Source: Octopus sinensis (taxonomy: Eukaryota). From it: a stretch of DNA of 35,715 bases. Under the pieces are notes generated by a model. It did not search any database. It was not told the DNA's origin and saw only the letters and a list, made by a program, of their open reading frames with translations. Below are positions 1 to 11,072 of this stretch, piece after piece; position 1 is the stretch's first letter, and each line of letters begins with the position of its first letter. The translations under genes were made by a program, and so were the position numbers. The stretch is taken from positions 1 to 35,715 of the forward strand of contig NW_021826270.1 in assembly GCF_006345805.1 (NCBI RefSeq), read 5' to 3'.

Positions 1-570
1 CTTCACATACTATGGACCACGATAGAGCGTGTTGGACATTGTTTTGAATTGAGGTTGTAAATGTGTGTCGCTAAAGATTGAAATAGTTTAGATTTGGGAT
101 TAGTGAAAGAATACATATGAGCACGACAACGACATTGAAAATCCTCAGTGCCATTAATATACACCCTTGCCTGGTGGGTGCATGGGGTCATCACGTGGCA
201 CTTATAGATTACACTTTTGAGGCGACAGGAGCCTGCATACCGTATATTTCAGAGCAGGACAGTTGTAAGTGGTTGGGGTTTACTATTAGTAATGTTGATG
301 TTGGTTGGTTTGTTGTTAGTGGGGAGAATCTAAATTAGGATTTATATTAGTATCGGATTGAGAGGTTGTAATGGAACTAAATTTGTCGTCTCGGAGACAG
401 GGTTGTAGTAGAATGTTGGCTTAAGATTAGTATTATACAATTGAGGTGGCTTATTAATGTTTGTATTATTGTATTGTGAAGTTTAGCTTGGAATTTTGGG
501 GAAAATTTTGGTTTTATCCACACATAAAGCCTACCGGTGTTTTATAAAGACTTATGGAACCACGTGACTG
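1..570 (-). mobile_element. Penelope-like (Neptune-type) retroelement fragment: RT thumb/linker + GIY-YIG endonuclease, frameshifted, runs off the window
   Basis: Minus-strand translation gives VTWF... and VIYKCHV...VYINGTEDFQCRCRAHMYSF...SLATHIY, matching the PLE pattern IYK..YIG.TE.FK.R...H..SF...L..HI. Confidence 0.85.
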
Positions 571-894
571 CTGCTAGCTTTGTTGTTGTTGATGTGTATG
601 TATTTTCAAAATGTTTTATTCTTCAACTTTGAGATGTATTGTTGATTTTTTTTATTTTATCTTACTATAATCAGCAACAAACACCTTCCGTCAATATTAA
701 ATTCTTTATTGGATAAAAAAAAAACATTATCAAAACATGAAGTTAAAACAAAACAAATGTGCTTTGTTTTCTTCCAGGCACAAATGTCCTGTAGCAATAG
801 TCTTTCATCAACCGAACTTTCCTCCAAAAAAATCAGTGGAATCATTCGATCTCCATACACAAATTATTTTCCTCCTGGAACTATAAAAAAAGTT

Positions 895-978
895 ACACAC
901 ATTAGGCGCACCTTTCTCTAAGCGGCACACTAAATTTCCCAGGTAAAAAATAGCGGCTTATACACCGGAAAATACGGT
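895..978. mobile_element. Terminal fragment of a Tc2/pogo-like (Tc1-mariner superfamily) DNA transposon or MITE
   Basis: The reverse complement starts CCGTATTTTCCGGTGTATAAGCCGC, resembling Tc2/Kanga-type termini as I recall them. No second TIR was found and the TA flank is not intact. Confidence 0.6.
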
Positions 979-1396
979 GTTTCTTTTTTTGTCATATTCA
1001 TATCGACTTTTCCTCCATAAACGTTACACAAACACTTGACTGCGCATGCCTAAATGTCTATATTAAAGCATTTTCTAAGCTAAATTCTCTGCCTGATCTA
1101 CAGGCTCATTAGGCCCCCAGTATATCTCGGTATCGAACGTATTTCAACACACAAGGATACAACACACCGGATACCAGTCTGTCGCAATGTTAACCCCTGG
1201 TTAATGCTGGTGCTTTTCAGATGAGAGCACTGGAAGTGTCTTTCTCGTGGACACAACTTACCGAAACAATAATCCATACGCCTATGAGTGTGTGTGTGCG
1301 CGCTTATGTACATATCCGTGCGTATGTGGGTGTATTTTGTATGCATGTACACACACACCACACAATCTTTATCTTTTATTCTTTTGCTTATTTAAA

Positions 1397-1690
1397 GGTG
1401 AATTTTAAAGTCGTTATGCCAATCACATAATCCCCTTCCAACATAACCAAAAGTAAAGCTACGAAAGTGGCTAAGTTTGGAAGAAAACGAAACACCACAT
1501 GTGACTGGATGGGAAGTAATTGAGAATCCATAACTTATGTGAATGGATCGAATAAATATAAACATTGTTTAGCTGAAAGAGTGCATATCCTGTTCAGATC
1601 TAAGATGCTTAATCCTCTATTGGACTCTAGGTCTGGAATTTTCAGTCGTTGTCAAGTATAAATATATTTTGAAGAACTGAAAAATTCCGT
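1397..1690 (+). mobile_element. Second Penelope-like GIY-YIG C-terminal fragment (different family, opposite strand)
   Basis: Across frameshifts it reads EFKSRYANH...F.H; WEVIE; YVNGSNKYKHCLAERVHILF...LLDSRSGIFSRC, matching the PLE C-terminus (W.II..A..Y....C.LCL.EK..I....LN.RSE..S.C). Confidence 0.8.
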
Positions 1691-1820
1691 CTATTCTTGA
1701 TTAGATTTTTGATATTTTATTAGCCTTATAATTCAATGTCTAACAAGGAGAACTCTTAAATGCTGTTTTTACTTTTCCCTTTTCAAATTTTCGTTTTTGT
1801 GCTTTCGCTTTCCGATTTCC

Positions 1821-2907
1821 GGAACACTGGGCATGCTGTGGAAGACATGCACTGGGGCTGCGGCACCTCCAAACATTCTGCGTAAATGGTGAACAGGTGT
1901 GGTCATCGTTTGTCAAACAGGCTTTTCCACATCTCATCTCCTTGAGTAAGCTGCAGTCGTGGGTCAAGAAGAGACCGAGGAAGGGTTACTGGCATCTGGA
2001 ATGTTGCTAGGCACTCACTGTCCTCTACCAGGTGGGCAATGCGATCAGTAGAAAATCCACTCTGAAGTTCTATGGAGGGTTAGTGGAGGGAAAGTGCGAT
2101 GAATCACTTGGAGAGACGCTAGGCGTTGACAAAATTGAACTAACCAGTCTGTTGAGGAGGACTTTCAAGACGGGGACGATGGATAACTTCTAGAAGTCCC
2201 TTGTTATGCAGTGCTGTCGGGGGGCACTGACGGTTCGAGATAAACTCTATAAGCACGGAAGTTCTGTCTGACCGACATACCCGACATGTGCGCAGAGCTA
2301 TGAAATCATTCTGCACGCACTCGTCCAGTGTCCTTGCATTACTGACATGTGGAGTTATGTTGAACAGCTGTTATCACGTGTAGGGTGGTTCTATCTATCG
2401 GCCGAGTCCGTAGTGAAGATCGATCATCCATTTCATCAGTCCGGAAGGCAGGCAATATACTTATGTCTAATAGCAAGTAGCGAAAGAGGCTGTGTTGTGG
2501 ACCAGGTTAAAAGGACTAAAGCAGAGACTTTTCTCTACGGCAATCACTCGTCAACTTTTTCAAATTTTCTTTGGAAAGGAAGATGAGGGTGCAGAGTGAA
2601 GTGCTGCCTCCCAGTACATTTGCCAAAAGGTGGGATGAATAGCGAAAATGGTACGTGTGAGTGGACTAACTCTAATAACACGCCTTTGAGCTAGTGAATT
2701 TGAAAGAAAGGAGAGTGTTCTTCCCAGATGCTCTCGAAGCATCGTGTTGTTCAGGATTGGGGTAGGGGTACCTGAGCAACTCCAGGAGATTACCTGCACC
2801 TATTACGAACTTTCATGTTATATTCTTTTGTCGGATATCATTGTTATTCTTTTAACTGTGTACTCGTTGTCTCAGCGTTAAATCTCCACTGTCCATGTCT
2901 ACTGTAT
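1821..2907 (+). mobile_element. Tx1-clade LINE fragment A (5'-truncated ORF2 C-terminus with zinc-knuckle-like motif and 3' region)
   Basis: GTLGMLW, GEQVWSSFVKQAFP, FYGGLVEG, VRDKLYKHG, LHALVQCP, AKRW. Homologous to fragment C, with stops and frameshifts. Confidence 0.85.
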
Positions 2908-3066
2908 CCTGTTTCTTTACTACCCACAAGGGGCTAAACACAGAAAAGACAAACAAGGACAGACAAACGGATTAAGCCGATTATATCGATCACAGTGCGT
3001 AACTGGTACTTCTTTAATCGACCCCGAAAGGATGAAAGGCAAAGTCGACCTCGGTGGAAATTGAAA
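2908..3066 (-). mobile_element. tRNA-derived SINE, 5' head deleted
   Basis: Matches the 3' two-thirds of the intact SINE at 21204-21438. Confidence 0.85.
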
Positions 3067-3308
3067 TCCTTAAACAACCCTTACTCAGGGACCTTTTGAG
3101 CAGGATCTGTTACTCGATCAGAAGAAAATTCTAACTGGGCCCCACATAAAGGTCATGTGCTTTTATCTTGATATGAGATCATCATGTTTCGCACTTATGG
3201 TTGTGATGCATGTGCCTGGTGTACCCTTATCAGACGGGTAGTCATGATGGGTAACTGGGCTTCGTATATTTTACCCTAGTGTCACTTTGATGGCATGCAC
3301 TGCTCTCT
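3067..3308 (+). mobile_element. Truncated copy of the (TAA)n-tailed repeat
   Basis: Matches 21801-22047. Confidence 0.5.
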
Positions 3309-3335
3309 AAATTAATAATAATAATAATAATAATA

Positions 3336-3413
<78 letters not shown>

Positions 3414-3420
3414 GTTATTG
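3309..3420. repeat. (TAA)n directly followed by (TTA)n microsatellite
   Basis: Read directly from the sequence. Confidence 0.97.
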
Positions 3421-3754
3421 AAAATTTCTTCCGGCTAAACATTTCACTCACTTCTTCACAGTAAAATTATATCATTTAATGCAATCGTTAATGTGATATT
3501 CCCTCCAGTTTCATATTAAAGAAAAGCTTAGGCAGGGTTATGTATCTAATTGCATCACACACACAGACACACACACACACACGAACAATCATACACATCA
3601 ACCCTCCACATCTTCTTTCCCCTCTCTCAATCTCTTCTATCACTCCCTCTACCCATCTCTCATTTTAACTCTTCCACTTCCACCGCCAATCATCATAAAC
3701 TGCTGACTGAAACTTTTCAAATCGAAATTATATAATTAGAAATACAGATGCCAA

Positions 3755-3792
<38 letters not shown>

Positions 3793-3795
<3 letters not shown>

Positions 3796-4148
3796 TTCGG
3801 ATGTGGAATGTTCGTATCCGCTGACACGGACCAAGTCATCATAATACTGTCCACGTAGCGTTGATAGGAGCAAAGCTTATCCAAGAGAAGTCGGTGGGCC
3901 TGCAAATCGGCAGATGGAGAGGCAGACCCATACCAACCGACAGTTTGTAGGGCGCTAAAGTGAAAGACAGGTTAAACTGTTTGGGGTCTGGTCTGCTGTA
4001 GACACCGAGGTGGGACAACAACGGGTGGGAGGTGACGAACAGGATAGTCGATCTCACCCAGAAATTGGAAGAGAGGAAGCTGTTCGTGAAGGGTCGAGTC
4101 GTGGTGGCGAATGCGTACATCGCTTCCGTCATCTATGACTGCCTGAAT
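3793..4148 (+). mobile_element. Tx1-clade LINE fragment B (late RT domains), truncated at both ends
   Basis: [26 protein letters not shown] and KLFVKGRVVVANAYIASVIY correspond to the post-YADD RT region and the 'LSL.GR..V.N' motif of the L1/Tx1 clade. Confidence 0.85.
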
Positions 4149-4984
4149 ATAATAACCACATTGTATCAAACGCCAGGATACAAGTGTTCGTCTGGTACGT
4201 TGATTTTTGTTAATTTTTATGTCTTGACAAAGGCTGCGCTGATGAGTGAAAAGTGGATTTTGTGCACTAATTACGGAATCATATGATGTTCAGCTACGTC
4301 TGTTTCTGGAGGCTCGCTTTGAGAGTTGCATTCCCTTGCGTTTTGTACAATGTGGGCATTATAGTAGTTTTGACTTCAAGAGACCCTCCTAGCGTGAGAC
4401 ATTTATGTATAAGTATTGCCCTTAATATATATAAATATATTCATAGGGAATAATTAATAAGTTATCCTTTCTGAGGTTTTTCACGATAACTACTTGATAA
4501 ATCCTCGTAAAAATTCTATCCTATATTTCAATTATATATATTTATTAGTAGCCCCAAACTTACTTTGTTATACACACACACACACACACACACACACCAC
4601 ACACACACTTATGTATATATATATATATATATTTTACATATATGTATATATCTATGTATATGTGAGCGTGTGTATGTATATGTGTATGTGTTTCAGTTTA
4701 TCCACTATGACCGCTTGGGAAGAGGTTCCGGTTTTTTACGTCCCAGTAATTTGGCCGATCGGTATCTTGTTAAATTCCTTACAACCACTTGAAACTTTTC
4801 ACATTTTTACCACGTCATTTTCAAAGCATTTACGTCTGATTCAGAATTGCCTGCCGCTGACGATAATTGCCTTCATGTTTTTCTTTTTTCTGGTAAATAA
4901 TAATATAAAAATCAAAAGTATAAAGTTGCGTAACTGTAGGCAAATCAGCGGAAGGGATCGCGAGGATACGCAGCAGGCTTAACA

Positions 4985-5075
4985 ACAAATACTGGGGTCG
5001 ATTTGTGCGACTCAAAAACACTTTAAGGCAGTGCCCCCGCATAGGCGCAGCCAATGGATGACAAAAGTAAGGAAT
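4985..5075 (+). mobile_element. Degenerate SINE 3' fragment (tail type 2)
   Basis: TACTGGGGTCGATTTGTGCGACT...AAGGCAGTGCCCCCGCATAGGCGCAG aligns to the reverse complement of 22904-22981. Confidence 0.65.
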
Positions 5076-5204
5076 TGTTTAAGCTATGGTTTAAATTCTA
5101 CGCCATAAATTAGATTGTCGGATCTCATCGAAGACAGCGAACGGGAATTGAAGCTCTATGGTTTGTGTTCCTGAAATTTTAAAGGATGCAACAATAGAAA
5201 ATGA

Positions 5205-5269
5205 TCTATCTATCGATCAATCAATCGATCTTCTATCTATTCTCTATCTATCTATCTATCTATCTATCT

Positions 5270-5305
<36 letters not shown>

Positions 5306-5338
5306 CCTATATATCTACATATCTATCTATCTATCTGG
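5205..5338. repeat. (TATC)n / GATA microsatellite, left of LINE C
   Basis: Read directly. Confidence 0.97.
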
Positions 5339-6824
5339 AACGAGATAACGAGTAGGGTGGTCACTCTCGCAAGCAATGGGCCGAGAGAGGAAAGTGTCCC
5401 TAAAGGTCGGGCGGAGGTGGCGAACGCCTACATCGCGTCCATCATCTACTACCGCCTGACCGTCGTACCTTGTCCCGACCCTACCATCACCAAACTAGAA
5501 CGCATCCTCTTCCGCTTCTTGTGGAAAGGATGCGTCCCGATGGTCAGGCGATCCATTTGCTGCCAAACCCCGTTAAAAGAAGGGCTGGGCATGCCGTGGT
5601 TGATGATGCGCAGACACGCGCTGAGACTGCGACATCTCCGGCTCTATGTAGACGACGGTGAACAGGTGTGGTCACCTTTTGTGAGGCACGCATTCCCGCA
5701 AACTCGTCTCCATGACCGAACAACAGTCGTGGGGCAAAAGAGGCGAGGAAGGGCGAATGGCACCGCGAGTGTCGCGTGCTCTCAAGCAAACTGCCGTCCC
5801 GGTCGACCTTGAGTGACTTCAACACAACCAAAGAATTCTATAGGGGATTAGTGGAGGGGATGTACGACGACGATCTCGTGGCAAACCTGGGCGTCGACGA
5901 GGAATACCTGACCCGCCTGTTTTTCAACGACTTTCGGCCCGGGACTTTTGGACAACTTCTAGAGATCCTTGGCTGGCGGTGCTACCGAGAAGCGCTACCC
6001 GTTCGGGATAAGCTCTATAGGCATGGCTCGAGAAACACGGGGCCGACCTGCCCGAGATGCATGCAGGCAGAGCGACGAAACCGCTCTGCACGCAATCGTT
6101 CAGTGTCCAGCAATTTCCGAACTGTGGGGCTTATGTCGAACGACTGCTGTCACGTGTGGGACGTGTCGGTTTATCAGCGGAGTCTATCGTTAATATCGTC
6201 ACGCCTCCTTCCTTCAAACGGGGAAGGAAGAGCTATTTTTATCATACTTGTGGCTATGGCGAAAGAATGTATCTGGTGGACGCGCCCGAAAGGATTGGAG
6301 ACAAACACTTTCCTCTCTGGTCAACCTCTTATCAACTTCTTCAAGTATCACATGAAGAGGGAAAGTGAGAGTAGAGAGGCAAATTTTGTCTAGCGAATGT
6401 TTTAAAAAAAGATTGGTGAATGTAGCAAGTATGGCACGTATGATGACGAAGCCACCTTGACTATGATTCTATGAACCGTAAAATTAATACAGAGAGTTGC
6501 TTATTTGCAAAAAAAAATAAAAGAAAGAAATATACATGTGACTTCATTGACCGAGGTTACCGTGGTCTTTTCCGTAGGCTTTTCTTTACACTTCATATGA
6601 CACATTCTGTGATTACGATCCCTATTGATCAACTTTTTTCCTCTCCCTTTCCTTTTATTTTTTCCTCTACCCCTTTTTAAAAAAAATCCTCCCCTTTTTT
6701 TTCCTCTTCCTTTCCTTTACGATCCCTTTTGATCGAAACCCAACCCCCTTTTTTTACCCCAAAGAAAAAGCTCTACTTGTAATTTGTTCTATCTGTGTGC
6801 AGCCCTGTTTGGGTAATAAAGAAA
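5339..6824 (+). mobile_element. Tx1-clade LINE fragment C: 5'-truncated, intact 3' end, inserted in (TATC)n
   Basis: KGRAEVANAYIASIIYYRLTVVPCP...ILFRFLWKG...EGLGMPWL; YREALPVRDKLY..GPTCPRC..SDETALHAIVQCP (zf-RVT-like). It has a pyrimidine-rich 3' UTR ending AATAAAGAAA and a candidate TSD CATA(TA)TCTATCTATCTATCT. Confidence 0.92.
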
Positions 6825-6971
6825 CATATATATCTATCTATCTATCTATCTATGTCATCTATCTCTATCTATCCATCTATCTATCTATCTATGTATCTAT
6901 TTATCTATCTATCTATCAATCAATCTATCTATCATCTATGACTATCTATCTCTATCTCCCATCTTCTGTCT

Positions 6972-7024
<53 letters not shown>

Positions 7025-7027
7025 ATT

Positions 7028-7081
<54 letters not shown>

Positions 7082-7170
7082 AATCTATCTATCAAACTAT
7101 CATGTGTCTGTCTAGCTATCTCTCTATCAATCATTGTCTTTATCTTTATCTTTCTATCTCTCTATCTATT
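6825..7170. repeat. (TATC)n microsatellite, right of LINE C
   Basis: Read directly. Confidence 0.97.
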
Positions 7171-8894
7171 ACGTCTCTCCATATATCGATATACACATAT
7201 ATAAACACACATATATACATTCATTTACATTTACTTATTTTCACACACACAAACACACACGCAGACACACACTTTCACACACACATATACATAATATAAA
7301 GGGAGAGGAAAATCAAATCATGGACGCCAACTTACAAGCATTGTACTACAATCAGGCTCTGGTAAACCACATCGAATGGTCCGGCAACAAAACGGGAAAA
7401 TCTTTATGGTAAACAATCATTGTCTTTCACTTAGTTCCAAAATTCCGAGTTCACTATTTCGGGTTTTATCCTGTGTAAAAGACATTAAAATAAGAATTAA
7501 ATGTTACACATGAAAGTAATTTTTAGCATATTTTATATACAATGCAATTTAGTTATTTTAAACCTGTGAACGACACGCCTTTCTGCTGCATGTATATTTA
7601 AGCATTAGCATCAGGTTACATCTGCTGGTTTGAAAAATGTACAACCAGTATGCAGTAATTATAACTTAGACTCAGATACTGATACCGGTGGAATGTAAAT
7701 TACGGCTGATGCCATTGCTTCAAATTGAATAAACAGGATGCAACTTACACCGGGCACAATATCTGCTATGATACTCATATACAGACCCGCAAACACACAA
7801 CATACTCACAAAACACACAAACACATTCATATATATATATACGCATAATTGTGTGCGTTGTGTTCTGCTACTTCAATGAAAAAATGTATGGTAAATAAAC
7901 ATATGATGCAATATATAAATATGCGCACATATATATAGATATAGATTATATAAACATTCACTACCTCTTACGAACAGAGACTAACAGCACTTTATTGGTA
8001 AGTTACGATTTTCATTATATTATATCGGCCTTCTATTGGCCATTGTCCAGTCTCCTCAACAGCATTAAGGATGGATAAAAAGGTTCTCCACCCTTAAGAC
8101 TTCATAAATTTGGGTCCCCAAATTACCTAAAATGTTTTTTTTGCTTTATTTTTACTTCAGTAATTTTCAGTTAACCATTAGCATTGGCACTGGCCACGGG
8201 CCAAATATTCTTCCTGTTAACTGTTGAAACTGAACAGATCAGCCTTTCACAACCACCATGCAAAGTTATTCTAAAAGTAAGCAATCACGTAATCAAAAAT
8301 CTCAAAGCTAGAAGATAACGTATGTTTAATTTTAAACGATGTGAATAAATAAGTAATCATCTGAATGTTGAAGGAGTATCCCCTTCTAGCTGGTACAATA
8401 ATGAAACAGCAATTCCATCTCAAATACGTGGGGTATTTTTTAAGGACACTTTTCAGTACGAGGGAGTGGTTAAGAATGTTAGTAGTACAAAAAATCGGGT
8501 CGGTATTTTTCTTTGTATTGACTTTTGTTAATTATTGTTTGAAGCCGAGAAGGGTCAAATGAGAGTAGAGACGGTTGAAAAGCAAAATTTGAGGAAATTT
8601 GTGATGTGTGTTGGAGAGATTTAGGAGGCTGAGAGGAGGATGAAAATCGATTGATCATAATACTTGGAATAAATTTGGGATGCGTGTTATATATATTATA
8701 TTTCTGTAGGTATCTATATATATATGCTGACTACTTAATGTTTTTAATACTGTGTAATAATGTAGGAGTTTATATGTATATATATTGTGCGTATGTGTGT
8801 GTGTGTGTTGCATGTATGTATGTAAGAGCTTGTATGTATATATTATGTATTTGTAAATGCAATTTGGATATTTCATATGTATTGCATATGCTCA

Positions 8895-8948
8895 TATATA
8901 TATATATATAGATATATATATATATATATCTGTATATATATACATATA

Positions 8949-8990
<42 letters not shown>

Positions 8991-9015
8991 ATATATTATA
9001 TATATACATACATAT
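8895..9015. repeat. (TA)n microsatellite
   Basis: Read directly; counterparts near 17920-18030 and 27135-27225. Confidence 0.95.
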
Positions 9016-9040
9016 GTATACATAGACACACACACACATA

Positions 9041-9830
9041 TTTGCTATTTGGAATGTGTTCATTTGTCGATTGTCAGGTTGACACTTGTTTTACATTACA
9101 GCTTTATTTATTTGGAATTAGGGAAGTGCATGAATGTCGGGCAGTATTTATGCTTACGATAAAATGTAACGTAGAGATTTAAACAGTGAGGAGTTGTGGA
9201 GGCGAAGAATAGTTAATGACCTTTTATACATAACATACATTTACCTATATTTGTGTTGTAGAGGGGAGCTTCACATACTATGGACCACGATAGAGCGTGT
9301 TGGACATTGTTTTGAATTGAGGTTGTATATGTGTTGCTAAAGATTGAAATAGTTTAGATTCGGGATTAGTGAAAGAAAATACATATGAGCACGACAACGA
9401 CATTGAAAATCCTCAGTGCCATTAATATACACCCTTGCCTGGTGGGTGCATGGGGTAATCACGTGGCACTTATAGATTACGCTTTTGAGGAGACAGGTGT
9501 CTGCATTACCATAATTTCAGAAGCGCGACAGTTGCAAGTGGTTGGGGTTTACTATTAGTAATGTTGATGTTGGTGGTTTGTTGTTAGTGGGGAGAATCTA
9601 AATTAGGATTTATATTAGTATCGGATTGAGAGGTTGTAATGGAACTAATATTTGTCGTCTCGTAGACAGGGTGTAGAATGTTGGCTTAGATTAGTATTAT
9701 ACAATTGAGGTGGATTATAATGTTTGTATTATTGTATTGTGAAGTTTAGCTTGGGATTTTGCCGAAAATTTTGTTTTTATCCACACATAAAGCTACCGGG
9801 TTTTTTAAAGACTTATGGAACCACGTGACC
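9041..9830 (-). mobile_element. Penelope-like GIY-YIG fragment (spans the copy 1/copy 2 junction as defined here)
   Basis: Same sequence as 18066-18862, including the C-terminal ALSWSIVCEAPLYNTNIGKCMLCIK part. Confidence 0.85.
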
Positions 9831-10149
9831 GCTGCTAGCTTTGTTGTTGTTGATGTGTTATGTATTTTCAAAATGTTTATTCTTCAACTTTGAGATGTTT
9901 TGTTGATTTTTTTTATTTTATCTTACTATAATCAGCAACAAACACCTTCCGTCAATATTAAATTCTTTATTGGATAAAAAAAAACATTATCAAAGCATGA
10001 AGTTAAAACCAAACAAATGTGCTTTGTTTTCTTCCAGGCACAAATGTCCTGTAGCAATAGTCTTCACGACGACCTTTCCTCCAAAAAAATCAGTGGAATC
10101 ATTCGATCTCCATACACAAATTATTTTCCTCCTGGAACTAAAAAAAGTT

Positions 10150-10234
10150 ACACACATTAGGCGCACCTTTCTCTAAGCGGCACACTAAATTTCCCAGGTA
10201 AAAAAATAGCGGCTTATACACCGGAAAATACGGT
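10150..10234. mobile_element. Tc2/pogo-like terminal fragment, copy 2
   Basis: Duplicate of 895-978. Confidence 0.6.
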
Positions 10235-10649
10235 GTTTCTTTTTTTGTCATATCGTATCGACTTTTCCTCCATAAACGTTACACAAACACTTGACTGCGC
10301 ATGCCTAAATGTCTATATTAAAGCATTTTCTAAGCTAAATTCTCTGCCTGATCTACAGGCTCATTAGGCCCCCAGTATATCTCGGTATCGAACGTATTTC
10401 AACACCAAGGATACAACACACCGGATACCAGTCTGTCGCAATGTTAACCCCTGGTTAATGCTGGTGCTTTTCAGATGAGAGCACTGGAAGTGTCTTTCTC
10501 GTGGACACAACTTACCGAAACAATAATCCATACGCCTATGAGTGTGTGTGTGCGCGCTTATGTACATATCCGTGCGTATGTGGGTTATTTTTGTATGCAT
10601 GTACACACACACACACAATCTTTTATTCTTTTATCTTTTGCTTATTTAA

Positions 10650-10940
10650 AAAGTGAATTTTAAAGTCGTTATGCCAATCACAATAATCCCCTTCCGACAT
10701 AGGCCAAAAGTAAAGCTACAAACTGGCTAAGTTGGAAGAAACGAAACACCACAAGTGACTGGATGGGAAGTAATTGAGAATCCATAACTCATGTGAATGG
10801 ATCGAATAAATATAAACATTGTTTAGCTGAAAGAGTGCATATCCTGTTCAGATCTAAGATGCTTAATCCTCTATTGGACTCTAGGTCTGGAATTTTCAGT
10901 CGTTGTCAAGTATAAAATATTTTTGAAGAACTGAAAAATT
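10650..10940 (+). mobile_element. Penelope-like GIY-YIG C-terminal fragment, copy 2
   Basis: Duplicate of 1397-1690. Confidence 0.8.
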
Positions 10941-11072
10941 CCGTCTATTCTATTGATTAGATTTTTGATATTTTATTAGCCTTATAATTCAATGTCTAAA
11001 AGGAGAACTCTTAAACGCTGTTTTTACTTTTCCTTTTCAAATTTTCGTTTTTGTGCTTCGTTTCCGATTTCC

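Larger units (their letters stand above)
1..9268. repeat. ~9.2 kb tandem unit, copy 1 (left edge arbitrary; the array continues beyond the window start)
   Basis: CTTCACATACTATGGACCACGATAGAGCG occurs at 1, 9269 and 18295, and all internal modules recur collinearly. Confidence 0.97.

Noticed and set aside
1265-1290. Minus-strand 20 nt micro-exon candidate (CATAG|...TTCG|GTAAGT)
   Set aside because: An isolated splice-like match next to a (CA)n tract, with no partner exons.
3242-3451. Poly-Ile ORF, and similar poly-Tyr, YLSI, YI and HT ORFs elsewhere (e.g. 6797-7204, 8857-9182, 16081-16571, 22074-22268)
   Set aside because: These are translations of (TAA)n, (TATC)n, (TA)n and (CA)n microsatellites, not genes.
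3462-3536. 75 nt segment after CTTCACAG resembling an LRR exon (KIISFNAIVNV...)
   Set aside because: There are in-frame stops in the copies I translated, the donor is poor (GTTATG), and no frame is conserved in the 24290 and 27538 versions.
5201-6393. Long ORFs (203 and 205 aa) as an intact gene or active LINE
   Set aside because: They are frameshifted pieces of a 5'-truncated ORF2 C-terminus with no endonuclease or YADD core, and the first ORF starts in a microsatellite.
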